A DNA stretch of 32,000 bases. Origin: Dickeya dadantii NCPPB 898. GTDB lineage: Bacteria > Pseudomonadota > Gammaproteobacteria > Enterobacterales > Enterobacteriaceae. Where the stretch lies: positions 867,260-899,259 of the forward strand of contig NZ_CM001976.1 in the NCBI RefSeq assembly GCF_000406145.1. Direction: 5' to 3'. Under the pieces are notes generated by a model. That model made no database searches. It was not told the DNA's origin and was given only the letters and a program-made list of their open reading frames with translations. The position numbers were made by a program, and so were the translations under genes. Shown one piece after another: positions 1 through 8,982 of the stretch (positions within the stretch are counted from its first letter, which is position 1; every line of letters begins with the position of its first letter).

Positions 1-867
1 CAGGAGGGGGTGACCGTGGGGCCGGAAGAGAAGGCTGCCATTTGGTCGGCGCTGGAGAGCCTGGCGGGTGCGCCGGTTGAACAGCGTACCCTGACCGGCC
101 TGTCGGTCCTGTTGCAGTCGCTGACGTTGCGTCAGGCACTGGCGCCGTATGTGCTGGGCGGGGCGTACGGCAACCTGCTGGATGCCGATCGGGAACGGCT
201 GGGCGACGCTGATGTGCAGTGCTTTGAAATGGAGGCGCTGATGCCCAGCAAGGCCGCGGTACTGGCGGTGCTGGAATACCTGTTCGCCCGGCTGGAAAAC
301 CGTTTTGACGGCGCGCCGACGCTGTTGCTCTTGGATGAATCCTGGCTGTTTCTTGATGAACCGGTGTTTGCGGCGCGTATCCGGCAGTGGCTCAAGACAC
401 TGCGCAAGAAAAACGTCAGTGTGATATTCGCCACCCAGTCGTTGGCGGATATCCAACGCTCTGCCCTGGCACCGGCCATCATCGAAAGTTGCCTCAGCCG
501 GATTTTCCTGCCCAATCCACAGGCCAGCGAACCCCAGATCCGGGTCATCTATGAGGGGTTTGGTCTTAACGCCCGGCAGATAGCCATGCTGGCTGCCGCA
601 GAGCCCAAACGGGATTACTACTACCAGTCCCGACAGGGCAACCGCCGGTTCGATCTCGATTTGGGGCCGGTGGCGCTGGCGTTTGCCGCGGCGGCCTCAC
701 CACAGAGTCAGCGTGATATAGACCGCCTGCTGGCACAGGACCCTCGTCCGGATTTCGCCAGCGCCTGGTTGCGTCACCGGGGGCTGGCGTGGGCGGCCGA
801 CCTGCTGCCGGGGTTTACTCCAGCAGCGCAGCCGATTTCCTCTCCACCGTGCAGGGGGACACCGTGA
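1..867 (+). CDS. trbE: TrbE/VirB4 T4SS ATPase, C-terminal part (5' end outside window)
   Basis: The frame is open from nt 1 to the TGA at 865-867. It contains VirB4-type motifs LLLLDESWLFLDEP and VIFATQSLADI. It is followed directly by trbJ. Confidence 0.85.
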   Translation, partial: QEGVTVGPEEKAAIWSALESLAGAPVEQRTLTGLSVLLQSLTLRQALAPYVLGGAYGNLLDADRERLGDADVQCFEMEALMPSKAAVLAVLEYLFARLENRFDGAPTLLLLDESWLFLDEPVFAARIRQWLKTLRKKNVSVIFATQSLADIQRSALAPAIIESCLSRIFLPNPQASEPQIRVIYEGFGLNARQIAMLAAAEPKRDYYYQSRQGNRRFDLDLGPVALAFAAAASPQSQRDIDRLLAQDPRPDFASAWLRHRGLAWAADLLPGFTPAAQPISSPPCRGTP

Positions 868-1598
868 TGAAAACTGTGTGGCTTGTCATCCTGCTGGCGT
901 TGCTGCCGCTGCGTCCAGCGCAGGCACTGACGGTATTTGATCCTGCCAACTATGCGCAGAACACGCTGAGCGCCGCCCGGGCATTGGATCAGATCAACAA
1001 TCAGGTCATCCAGTTGCAGAACGAGGCGCAGATGCTGATTTATCAGGCCCGCAACTTGACTAGTCTGCCGTTCACGGTAACCGATCAACTGCGTACCACG
1101 CTGGCGGGCACGGACCGGTTGATCGCCCAGGCGCGTGGACTGGCCTATGAGGTGCAGCGCATGGACTCGGATTTTGCGCGGCTCTACCCCGAACAGTATG
1201 CCGCCACGGTGGGCCACGATCGCCTGTATCAGGATGCCCGCGCGCGCTGGGTCAACACGCTGGCAGGCTTGCATACCGCTTTGCAGATGCAGGCACAGAT
1301 GGTGCAGAGCCTGTCGGCGGACGAAAGCACGCTGTCCGCGCTGGTCGGGCAAAGTCAGGCGGCCACCGGTGCCCTGCAGGCCATGCAGGCGACAAACCAG
1401 TTGCTGGCGTTGCAGGCGAAACAAACGATGCAAGGCCAGCAGCTCCAATTGACGCAGGACCGGGCGGTTGCGCTGGAGTTGGCGCGACAGGCAGCGGCGG
1501 TTGAACGCGGCCGGGAAATCACGCGACGTTTTCTGGGTACGGGAACCCCTTACACGCCGCAGCCGGTGAACTTTTACGGTAAGGACGGCGGTGAGTGA
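867..1598 (+). CDS. trbJ: TrbJ (VirB5-like) T4SS periplasmic protein
   Basis: The ATG at 867 overlaps the trbE stop (GTGATGA). The N-terminus is a signal peptide, MKTVWLVILLALLPLRPAQA. The mature part is coiled-coil rich (VFDPANYAQNTLSAARALDQINNQVIQLQNEAQML). The track ORF starts at 789, but the signal peptide favours 867. Confidence 0.8.
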   Translation: MKTVWLVILLALLPLRPAQALTVFDPANYAQNTLSAARALDQINNQVIQLQNEAQMLIYQARNLTSLPFTVTDQLRTTLAGTDRLIAQARGLAYEVQRMDSDFARLYPEQYAATVGHDRLYQDARARWVNTLAGLHTALQMQAQMVQSLSADESTLSALVGQSQAATGALQAMQATNQLLALQAKQTMQGQQLQLTQDRAVALELARQAAAVERGREITRRFLGTGTPYTPQPVNFYGKDGGE

Positions 1599-2761
1599 TG
1601 GACGATGTGTCGGTGATTGACCGCTTCCTCGATACCTTTTCGACCTACATCGACTCTGGGTTTGGGTTGGTTCGCGGTGAAGTCTCCTTTCTGACCGCCA
1701 CGCTGGTGGCGATCGACATGACGCTGGCGGGGTTGTACTGGGCGCTGTCGCAGGCGGGCGGGCAGGGAGAGGATGTGATGGCACGGCTGATCCGCAAGGT
1801 GCTCTATGTCGGCGCGTTTGCTTACATACTCAACAACTTCAACGGGCTGTCGGGAATAGTGTTTCGCTCATTTGCCGGGCTGGGCCTGCAGGCCGGTGGC
1901 GCGGCGTTGACTCTGGCGACGTTTTTACAACCCGGGCGGTTAGCCAAAACCGGTATAGAGACGGCTGCCCCTCTGCTGCATCAAATCGACCGCTTGAGTG
2001 GCTTCCCAGATGTGTTCATCAATATTGTGCCCGTCACCGTCATGCTGCTGGCCTGGTTGGTGGTGGTCCTGAGTTTCTTCGCACTGGCGATACAGCTGTT
2101 CGTCACGTTGGTGGAGTTCAGGCTGACCACACTGGCGGGGTTTGTGCTGGTGCCGTTCGCACTGTGGAACAAGACGGCGTTTCTGGCAGAAAAAGTGCTG
2201 GGTAATGTGGTGGCCTCCGGCGTGAAGGTGCTGGTACTGGCGGTGATCGTGGGGATCGGCACCGGTCTGTTCGGTTCGCTGACCCTGAACCCGGATGACC
2301 CGTCGATGGATCAGGCGCTGGTCGCCATGCTGGCGTCGCTTGCGCTGCTGGCCCTGGGGATTTTCGGACCGGGGATTGCCACCGGGCTGGTCAGTGGCGC
2401 GCCGCAACTGGGAGCCGGAACGCTGGCCGGAACGGCGCTGGGAGTGGCCGGCGTCGCGGCGGGAACCGGCGTGCTGGCGGGGCGGATAGGCAGTGCGGTG
2501 GGGGCCGGGGCGCGTCTGCTGCCGACGGCGTTACGCGGGCCGCAAGCCAATACGACCCCGTCGGCTACCGGACAACCGGGGCGGGAGGCCGGTTCATCCG
2601 GTTCGTCAGCCACGGCACAGCCGGACTGGGCGAAGCGGCTATATCGCCGTCAGCAACTGGCGCAGGCGGCGGGCACGGTGGCGCATACGCTGCGCAGTGC
2701 CGAGCACGGTGGCGGCAGCAGCGGCCCGACTCTGCGTGAATCCGACCGGGAAGGGGGCTGA
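1595..2761 (+). CDS. trbL: TrbL (VirB6-like) polytopic inner-membrane T4SS protein
   Basis: The start (GTG 1595 or ATG 1598) overlaps the trbJ stop. The protein has multiple hydrophobic helices and a Gly/Ala/Pro-rich C-terminal tail. It sits between trbJ and trbF. Confidence 0.8.
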   Translation: MMDDVSVIDRFLDTFSTYIDSGFGLVRGEVSFLTATLVAIDMTLAGLYWALSQAGGQGEDVMARLIRKVLYVGAFAYILNNFNGLSGIVFRSFAGLGLQAGGAALTLATFLQPGRLAKTGIETAAPLLHQIDRLSGFPDVFINIVPVTVMLLAWLVVVLSFFALAIQLFVTLVEFRLTTLAGFVLVPFALWNKTAFLAEKVLGNVVASGVKVLVLAVIVGIGTGLFGSLTLNPDDPSMDQALVAMLASLALLALGIFGPGIATGLVSGAPQLGAGTLAGTALGVAGVAAGTGVLAGRIGSAVGAGARLLPTALRGPQANTTPSATGQPGREAGSSGSSATAQPDWAKRLYRRQQLAQAAGTVAHTLRSAEHGGGSSGPTLRESDREGG

Positions 2762-2763
2762 CC

Positions 2764-3468
2764 ATGCGTTTTCGGCGACCGCAGGTGCACTACGGCGAAA
2801 CGCCATCCCCCGCCACGCCGTATCAGGCGGCCGCCGAGGTGTGGGATACCCGTATCGGCACCGCCCGGGTGCAAGCCAGGAACTGGCGATTGATGGCCTT
2901 TGGCTGCCTGCTGCTGGCGTTGCTGATGGCGGCCGGTCTGGTCTGGCGGGCGACGCAATCGGCTCTCGTTCCCTATGTGGTGGAGGTGGAGAAATCCGGC
3001 GAGGTGCGGGCGGTGGCCCCGGCGGTGACGACGTACCAGCCCAGCGAGGCGCAAATCGCCTACCATCTGGCGCGTTTTATCACGCTGGTGCGTTCACTCT
3101 CGCTTGACCCGGTTGTGGTGCGGCAGAACTGGCTGGAGGCCTATGCCTATACCACCGATCAGGGTGCAGCGGTGCTCAACGCCTATGCCCGCGCCCAAGA
3201 TCCCTTTGGCCGTATTGGTAACGAGTCCGTCACGGTGCAGATTGCCAGTGTGGTGCGCTCCAGCGATCGATCGTTTGAAGTGCGCTGGAGCGAACAACAC
3301 TTTGCCCAAGGCACTCCGTCGGAGACCGAACGCTGGACTGCCATGCTGACCGTTGTGCAGCACACGCCGCGTACCGAGCAGCAGTTACGGCTGAACCCGT
3401 TGGGCATCTATATCAACGGCCTGTCGTGGAGCCGGGAACTGGCGATGCCGGAAGGCGGCCAGCCATGA
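2764..3468 (+). CDS. trbF: TrbF (VirB8-like) T4SS protein
   Basis: The ATG lies 3 nt after the trbL stop. There is a single N-terminal TM helix (WRLMAFGCLLLALLMAAGLVW) followed by a periplasmic domain. The position is canonical for trbF. Confidence 0.8.
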   Translation: MRFRRPQVHYGETPSPATPYQAAAEVWDTRIGTARVQARNWRLMAFGCLLLALLMAAGLVWRATQSALVPYVVEVEKSGEVRAVAPAVTTYQPSEAQIAYHLARFITLVRSLSLDPVVVRQNWLEAYAYTTDQGAAVLNAYARAQDPFGRIGNESVTVQIASVVRSSDRSFEVRWSEQHFAQGTPSETERWTAMLTVVQHTPRTEQQLRLNPLGIYINGLSWSRELAMPEGGQP

Positions 3469-4363
3469 CAACGTGGCGGCATTACGGTCCTGGTCTGTTA
3501 CCTGATACTGGCACTGACCGGGTGTCGTGGTATGGGAAACCGGCCACCGGTCGTCGATCTGGACGAACCGGCTCCCACAGCCCCGGTTCCCGGTGCCACC
3601 AGCTTCCATAGTGGTGGGGAAGGGGGAGAACGGAGGGGGCGGACGAATGGGGAGCGAACTGTCGGGTGGTAATACCGGGCGCGCCGCGGATAACAGCGAC
3701 CTGTCGTCCTGGCGCTACGCTGAGGGGACGATGTATCGGCTTTATACGGCACCGGAGCGCGTCACCGTGATTGCCCTGCAACCGGGGGAAACACTGACAA
3801 ATGTGGCGGCCGGTGATACGGCGCGCTGGATTGTCGGCGATACCACCAGCGGCTCGGGCAGCGAACAGCGCGTCAATATCATGGTCAAGCCGGTGCGGGC
3901 CGGGCTGAAAACCAACCTGGTGATCACCACCAGTCGGCGGGTTTATCTGTTGCTGATGACCTCCGGCGGCACGCGCTGGATGGCGACGGTGTCGTGGCAG
4001 TACCCGGCCGACCCGGCGTCGATACCCTCACCAGCCACATCGCCCCGGTCACCGGAAAGCACTCTGGCACCGGACAGACTCCACTTTCGTTACGCTATCA
4101 GCGGTGATCGCCCGCCGTGGTGCCCCCGACAGGTGTTTGATGACGGGGAAAAGGTCTATATCCGGTTTCCGGCCGGTATCGCGCAGGGTGAACTGCCACC
4201 GCTGTTCGTCATCGGCCCACAGGGGGACGGACAACTGGTGAATTACCGGTTCCAGCCGCCGTACTACGTGGTGGACCGGTTGTTCGGGGCGGCCGAGCTG
4301 CGGCTGGGCAATGACAGCGCCGAGGTGGTGCGCATTACGCGTACCGACGGACGGAGCCCGTGA
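3465..4363 (+). pseudogene. trbG: TrbG (VirB9-like) T4SS protein, apparently split over three reading frames (frameshifted or affected by sequence error)
   Basis: The ATG at 3465 overlaps the trbF stop (ATGA), but that frame ends at 3611. The lipoprotein signal ITVLVCYLILALTGC and a Pro-rich linker are read only in the next frame (3481-3669). The conserved TrbG core (MYRLYTAPERVTVIALQPGE, ARWIVGDTTSGSG, VITTSRRVYLLLM) is in the third frame (3527-4363). Confidence 0.6.
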
Positions 4364-5604
4364 ATATGCAACCGGAATCACAGGCGGATAGCACGCCAGC
4401 ACCGTCAGAGAAGGTGGCCTCCGAGACACTGGTGCTGCGCAGCAGGCCACGCCCGGTGACCCGGCTGAACCGGCGCTCGCTGTTCATCCTGACCGGCGGT
4501 TTGGCGCTGGCGGTGCTGGCGGCGACGCTGTGGGCGTTACAGCGCCCCAGGCCGCATGATAACGGTGAACTGGCTGAACGCTATAACGTCGAGCGGGTGG
4601 CGAAAACCGAAGCACTGAACCGGTTGCCGGCGGATTACACCCGGTTGCCGACGAAACCTGCGGAGGTGACGCCTGTGTTGGGGCCGCCGCTGCCGGGGGA
4701 TATGGGGCCGCCCATGATCCGTGCCGCTAAGGCGGTCACACCATCCGGGCCAGATGCTTATGAGTCGGCGAGTCAGGCACGCCTGAAAGAAGCCGAAGAC
4801 GCCGCCGCCTCGCCGGTGTTCTTTCGTCGTGGCAGCCAGCCGGCACCACCACCGGCGTCCACCAGCCCATCTCCGGCCCCGATTGCGACTGACCCTATGG
4901 CCGAGCAGGGGGCGGTTTCCGGTATCCGGCAGGATCAGAAAGAGGCGTTCCTGCTCGGTGACATGACCGATACCCGAAATCACGGCGATCTGCGGCTACC
5001 GGCTTCGCCTTATCAGGTGATGGCGGGAACGGTGATTGCCGGGGCGCTGGTGACCGGTATTCGTTCCGACCTGCCGGGGCCGGTGATCGCCACCGTCACC
5101 GAACCGGTCTACGACAGCGCGACCGGACATTATCTGCTAATCCCGCAAGGCTCGCGCTTGCTGGGGAAATACAATAGCCAGGTCAGCTATGGGCAAAGCC
5201 GGGTTCAGGTGGTCTGGAACCGCATTATCCTGCCGGATACGTCATCGCTGACGCTGGATAATCTGGCCGGTGCCGACCCGGCCGGTTACGTCGGGCTGGA
5301 AGATCAGGTGGACTGGCATTGGGATCGTGTGATTGCCGGTGCAGCAATGACCACACTACTGGGGGTGGGAGCCGAACTCGCTGCCCCGGAGAACCGACAG
5401 CATGGCGATCGTATTATCCTTGCCGGACGTGACAGTTTGCAGGATTCGGTCAGTCAGGTGGGACAAGAGCTCACCCGGCGTAACCTCGATATTCAGCCGA
5501 CACTGACCGAACGGCCAGGTCTGCCGGTTCGTATCATCGTCAACAGGGATTTGGTGTTAAGGCCGTATCAACCACTGTTTTTTAATCAGGGGAGTGCACG
5601 TTGA
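4360..5604 (+). CDS. trbI: TrbI (VirB10-like) T4SS protein
   Basis: GTG 4360 or ATG 4366 overlaps the trbG stop. The protein has an N-terminal TM helix and a Pro-rich region. The conserved C-terminal domain reads YQVMAGTVIAGALVTGIRSDLPGPVIATVTEPVYDSATGHYLLIPQGSRLLGKY...VVWNRIILPD. Confidence 0.9.
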   Translation: MNMQPESQADSTPAPSEKVASETLVLRSRPRPVTRLNRRSLFILTGGLALAVLAATLWALQRPRPHDNGELAERYNVERVAKTEALNRLPADYTRLPTKPAEVTPVLGPPLPGDMGPPMIRAAKAVTPSGPDAYESASQARLKEAEDAAASPVFFRRGSQPAPPPASTSPSPAPIATDPMAEQGAVSGIRQDQKEAFLLGDMTDTRNHGDLRLPASPYQVMAGTVIAGALVTGIRSDLPGPVIATVTEPVYDSATGHYLLIPQGSRLLGKYNSQVSYGQSRVQVVWNRIILPDTSSLTLDNLAGADPAGYVGLEDQVDWHWDRVIAGAAMTTLLGVGAELAAPENRQHGDRIILAGRDSLQDSVSQVGQELTRRNLDIQPTLTERPGLPVRIIVNRDLVLRPYQPLFFNQGSAR

Positions 5605-5651
5605 ATGGGGTATGGACGAGAAGGAACGAAGCAGGGGCCCTGAATGGGCGT

Positions 5652-6197
5652 TTATCTGGAACGGTAGCGTGCCGACACATCCCGGGCGGTATGCAATAGC
5701 CGTAAGATATGTACGTCGCCGCTGTGGCGTTTCAGCGCATAGACCAAAATAAACGGCAGCCGGGCCAGCACCAGTTTACGCCGTTCTCCCGATTTCCCTA
5801 TGCTGACGCCCGCTTCCGGGGTGGTTTCCAGCAACGCCACTGCGGCGGCGAATTTGTCATCGGTGGCATTGGCGACCTCCAGTCCCGCGTTCTGGTACAG
5901 GTAACGGTAAATGTCTTCGCGGTCAGCGATAGCTTGCCTTTCCCAGCGAACCGTTGCCGTCACAGTTCCCCCCGGGCGGCTTGCGCTTTCAGTCGCCGCC
6001 ATACGTTGACTGGCCTCATCATTGCTGATGAACTGGACCTCACCAGCATCGTAACGGGCGAAAGCCTCCTGAATTTTCGCTTCCAGCCATTCATCACCGG
6101 TATGGCGCTGGTACTGCCGCTCTTCCTCGGCCAGTTCTTCCGCACGCTGGCGCATCAGTTCGGTAAGACTGACCTGCTGACGCTCAGCAGCCTTCAT
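5652..6197 (-). CDS. ParE/RelE-family toxin-like domain fused in frame to an upstream ParD-like (stability-determinant type) antitoxin-like region
   Basis: This is one uninterrupted ORF (the track gives 5652-6299). The C-terminal half resembles ParE toxins (VRWERQAIADREDIYRYL...RKLVLARLPFILVYALKRHSGDVHILRLLHTARD). The N-terminal half resembles small helical antitoxins (WLEAKIQEAFARYDAGEVQFISNDEASQRM). No stop codon separates the two parts. The start is uncertain: ATG 6197, ATG 6290 or TTG 6299. An internal ATG at 6002 could initiate the toxin part alone. Confidence 0.6.
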   Translation of the reverse strand: MKAAERQQVSLTELMRQRAEELAEEERQYQRHTGDEWLEAKIQEAFARYDAGEVQFISNDEASQRMAATESASRPGGTVTATVRWERQAIADREDIYRYLYQNAGLEVANATDDKFAAAVALLETTPEAGVSIGKSGERRKLVLARLPFILVYALKRHSGDVHILRLLHTARDVSARYRSR

Positions 6198-6687
6198 AGC
6201 CAGTACGTTTGGTTTCCTCGTCAATTCTGAAGTGTATTGTCCCCATGACAGCCTCCAATAGATTGCATGTGTTGTCACTTGTGGTGTCATTTTATCCAAT
6301 CTCGTCAGTTTTTGCTGCTTTTTTGAAGGGGAGAATCGGCTTACCGTGTAACGCTGCTCTCAGGATACAGTGGCGGTTTTGTTGTAGAGGCTAGCATCTA
6401 ACATAATGTATATTAGCTCAGACCTGAACTGGCACTGTTTACTGCGCAGAACTAAACTTAATCTGACAGGCTGCTTTGTGCTAGGAGCGGGCATACAATA
6501 TCAGTCTAATTGGAATCGGAATTGCCGTTTTTAGCTACATCGACTTAGTGGACATCGAAACACGTATCAGTCAATTTCCCTAAAGCCAGCCCTTATACAT
6601 GGATGCATGGCATTAGCCTTTTCAGAGCTTGCGCTTTGGCAGTATCGCAGTTTCATAGGTTTTTAAAATAAGGGGTTAAGGGTACAG

Positions 6688-7956
6688 GTGTTGCTAATCA
6701 AATTCCTTCGAATAATGGCATACTTTCCCAACCATACGGCGAGTTTCCTTAAAACTTATAATAACTTTATGACGAATATTCCTGCTTTTAATGAGAAAGG
6801 GTATCTGCCAGAAGGCACCCACAGTTGTTCTGAGCAACAATTTATTGAGCGCTTCTGTACGATCAGCGAAGAACGCTCGGATCTAAAACAAGCATTTATC
6901 GATATTCTGGATTTCGCAAACACGCGCAATGCAATATGTGTTTACGTCGGCGGTTCTTATGTTACAAGGAAACAAAATCCAAACGATTTGGATGTCGTAA
7001 TCGTATTTCGGAACAAAGAGCACATCCCATCGAGATCTGAACGATGGATTATTGATGGAAAGCGTACAGATATTATGTTTTGCTCGGCTGACGATCCCGT
7101 CGTTACCGCGTCATTTATAAAACTGCTGTCTTTCGAGCGCTACGGCAGTAGCGTGGGTGTAATTCAAATCAATCTTGACCACACAGATGAACCGTGGACG
7201 ACTCATCATGAACCAGATGACAATACCTACGAAGTCATCAAAAGAACCTATTTCAACCGACATCTGGTCGACTTGAACAAGGCATCGGGGGTGCTGGTTA
7301 CTATCCACGGGATAATGACGCATGCGGAATGGAATGCGAATATTATCCCTATTGCGAGCAGTCAAGGGTGGATCGTCGCCCCTTACATTTACGGTTATAC
7401 CACTCCTGACATCCTTTTGAATAAAGGGAAACGAAAAGAAGCGGTGGACGCCTTTAGGGACTGGATTTATTCGATTAAGCAGGATTTTTGCCGGAACGGT
7501 GAAGCGATTTCAGTGATTGCACACTCCTTTGGAACCTATCTGATAGGTGCTTACCTTGATGGTTTCAATGAAGTTTCTCCGGTCCGTTTCAACACAATTA
7601 TTCTTACCGGCAGCATTCTGAATGAAGGCTATGATTGGGAAAGTTGTATCGGCTATAAAGTTGCGCGGGTCAGAAACGAAATAGCACCCAACGACCAGTG
7701 GGTAAGCTTGATGCAGAGGAATCCATCAGAATGGCTTGGCCTCGATCCACTCTTTGGCCAAGCAGGAGCAAAAGGCTTTACCTCTCAGAGTCGTATTCTT
7801 ACGCAGCACACCAATAAAATTTTCGATCACAATAATGTCATTAAAAAAGATGTCATAACATCAATGTGGATGCCGTTTCTGAACAGCAATAAGTACGCGT
7901 CAGATGAAGAATATTATAAGCGCTACATGGGGCATTCTAAAAATGGCGGCCAATAA
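6688..7956 (+). CDS. Fusion protein: N-terminal Pol-beta-superfamily nucleotidyltransferase (DUF6932/MNT-like) plus C-terminal alpha/beta-hydrolase (serine esterase/lipase-like)
   Basis: The N-terminal part reads FNEKGYLPEGTHSCSEQQFIERF ... VYVGGSYVTRKQNPNDLDVVIVF, which matches the hG[GS]-x9-13-Dh[DE]h NTase signature. The C-terminal part has an HG oxyanion-type motif (VLVTIHGIMTHAEW), a nucleophile elbow (VIAHSFGTYLIG) and later candidate Asp/His residues (APNDQW, FDHNNV). GTG 6688 is preceded by AAGGG; an alternative start is ATG 6769 (MTNIPAFNEKG). Confidence 0.7.
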   Translation: MLLIKFLRIMAYFPNHTASFLKTYNNFMTNIPAFNEKGYLPEGTHSCSEQQFIERFCTISEERSDLKQAFIDILDFANTRNAICVYVGGSYVTRKQNPNDLDVVIVFRNKEHIPSRSERWIIDGKRTDIMFCSADDPVVTASFIKLLSFERYGSSVGVIQINLDHTDEPWTTHHEPDDNTYEVIKRTYFNRHLVDLNKASGVLVTIHGIMTHAEWNANIIPIASSQGWIVAPYIYGYTTPDILLNKGKRKEAVDAFRDWIYSIKQDFCRNGEAISVIAHSFGTYLIGAYLDGFNEVSPVRFNTIILTGSILNEGYDWESCIGYKVARVRNEIAPNDQWVSLMQRNPSEWLGLDPLFGQAGAKGFTSQSRILTQHTNKIFDHNNVIKKDVITSMWMPFLNSNKYASDEEYYKRYMGHSKNGGQ

Positions 7957-8079
7957 TGAGGAAGCCAGACTCGCACGATTTCTTATGACCGGGATGAGTC
8001 TTTTCAGCAGATAACTGACCATTATTAATGAGAGGCTTCTGTCTAGCGATAATAGTGTTCACTCAACGTAAAGAGTAAT

Positions 8080-8982
8080 ATGACTAATAATCAGTTTTAT
8101 GAACTTTATAGTCGGCTTGCTGCATTACAAACCAGTAACGCTGATTGTCATCCCATTATTGAGGAGCTGACCCGGCTGTGTCTCGAAACAATTAGGAACT
8201 CCTCCTTGCAAGAATGCCTAGCGGTCGCAGCTCTCTGCTTCCGTGAAATTGGTCAGTCAGAGCAGCTTTTCACAGTAGCCCTAGCCTGCTGGCTTACCGA
8301 GGATAAATGTATCGACCTGGCAAAAGTGCTTACGCATGAAGCGAGTGTAAGCCACTTACAGGCAAACAGCCCAGTTGCGTATGATCTTTCTTCCACAGAA
8401 GAATCACGCGCCAGACTGGCAGCGTGCCGGCTTTGTGCACTTCATGTTTCTCCGGCGATATCCCTCGGCTGGACCTTAAGTCTGGCAACCTCCTTCCCTG
8501 CAAGCGCAACTACACTCAACACGGCTCAGGCGCTCCTGCAGCATCATATGAAGGATTATCCGTCGACCACGCTACGACTTCTTTCCAGCCCGAACTCCTC
8601 GTTTTCTTCATTGTTACTGGCGCAAACCGTGCTCAAACGACTGGAACAACAACGAAGCCATCTGAACGCACTGCCGAAACTTCGCGAGCTTGTGATGCCA
8701 CCTGAAATGCGCCTGATATACGCCAGTCTGAAGCGCAGCGAGAACCGGGATATTCAAAGGCAGTCAGAAGAAAAATCGATTTTTGACCAGTTCATCACCA
8801 GGCAGCATTTCAAGTACGCCAGTAAGACAGCTATTGAGGTTCTTACCGGCGATGATGTCAGGGAAACCACCCTGGAGATGATGCCATTTCAGATCGCGAC
8901 AGAGCTACCTTCGACCTGGCTTACCGATCCGGTTTCCGGAGACCTTGCCATGAACAGACAGTGGGAAGGAGTGTTGGAATGA
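8080..8982 (+). CDS. Hypothetical protein, 300 aa, no recognisable domain (composition suggests helical); translationally coupled to the next gene
   Basis: The ORF is clean, with an ATG start. Its stop overlaps the start of the downstream gene (ATGA at 8979-8982). I recognised no family. Confidence 0.6.
   Translation: MTNNQFYELYSRLAALQTSNADCHPIIEELTRLCLETIRNSSLQECLAVAALCFREIGQSEQLFTVALACWLTEDKCIDLAKVLTHEASVSHLQANSPVAYDLSSTEESRARLAACRLCALHVSPAISLGWTLSLATSFPASATTLNTAQALLQHHMKDYPSTTLRLLSSPNSSFSSLLLAQTVLKRLEQQRSHLNALPKLRELVMPPEMRLIYASLKRSENRDIQRQSEEKSIFDQFITRQHFKYASKTAIEVLTGDDVRETTLEMMPFQIATELPSTWLTDPVSGDLAMNRQWEGVLE

Larger units (their letters stand above)
1..5604 (+). mobile_element. Trb-type (P-type) conjugative T4SS mating-pair-formation module (trbE-J-L-F-G-I) of an ICE or integrated plasmid; continues beyond the left window edge
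   Basis: Six consecutive same-strand genes with overlapping stop/start codons in the canonical trbE-J-L-F-G-I order. The block is visibly much more GC-rich than the core genes at 22-32 kb, with long spurious antisense ORFs throughout. The gene run stops abruptly after trbI. Confidence 0.7.

Noticed and set aside
774-1784. 336-aa ORF on the - strand (plus several other 60-200-aa ORFs at 130-5000 on both strands)
   Set aside because: These ORFs are antisense or out of frame to the trbE-J-L-F-G-I genes. They are GC-rich-frame artefacts with no recognisable motifs.
6300-6690. tRNA-like fragment (TTAGCTCAGAC) or att site in the 390-bp non-coding gap at the GC-rich/AT-rich boundary
   Set aside because: No acceptor or anticodon arms can be folded around it. 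I found no matching direct repeat elsewhere in the window.
8080-8982. Possible HEPN-like Rx4-6H motifs (CRLCALH, RLEQQRSH) in the 300-aa protein, which would pair with the upstream MNT-like NTase
   Set aside because: Such short motifs occur by chance. I cannot verify a four-helix HEPN fold from sequence alone, and the protein is twice the usual HEPN size. This is left as something HHpred could test.
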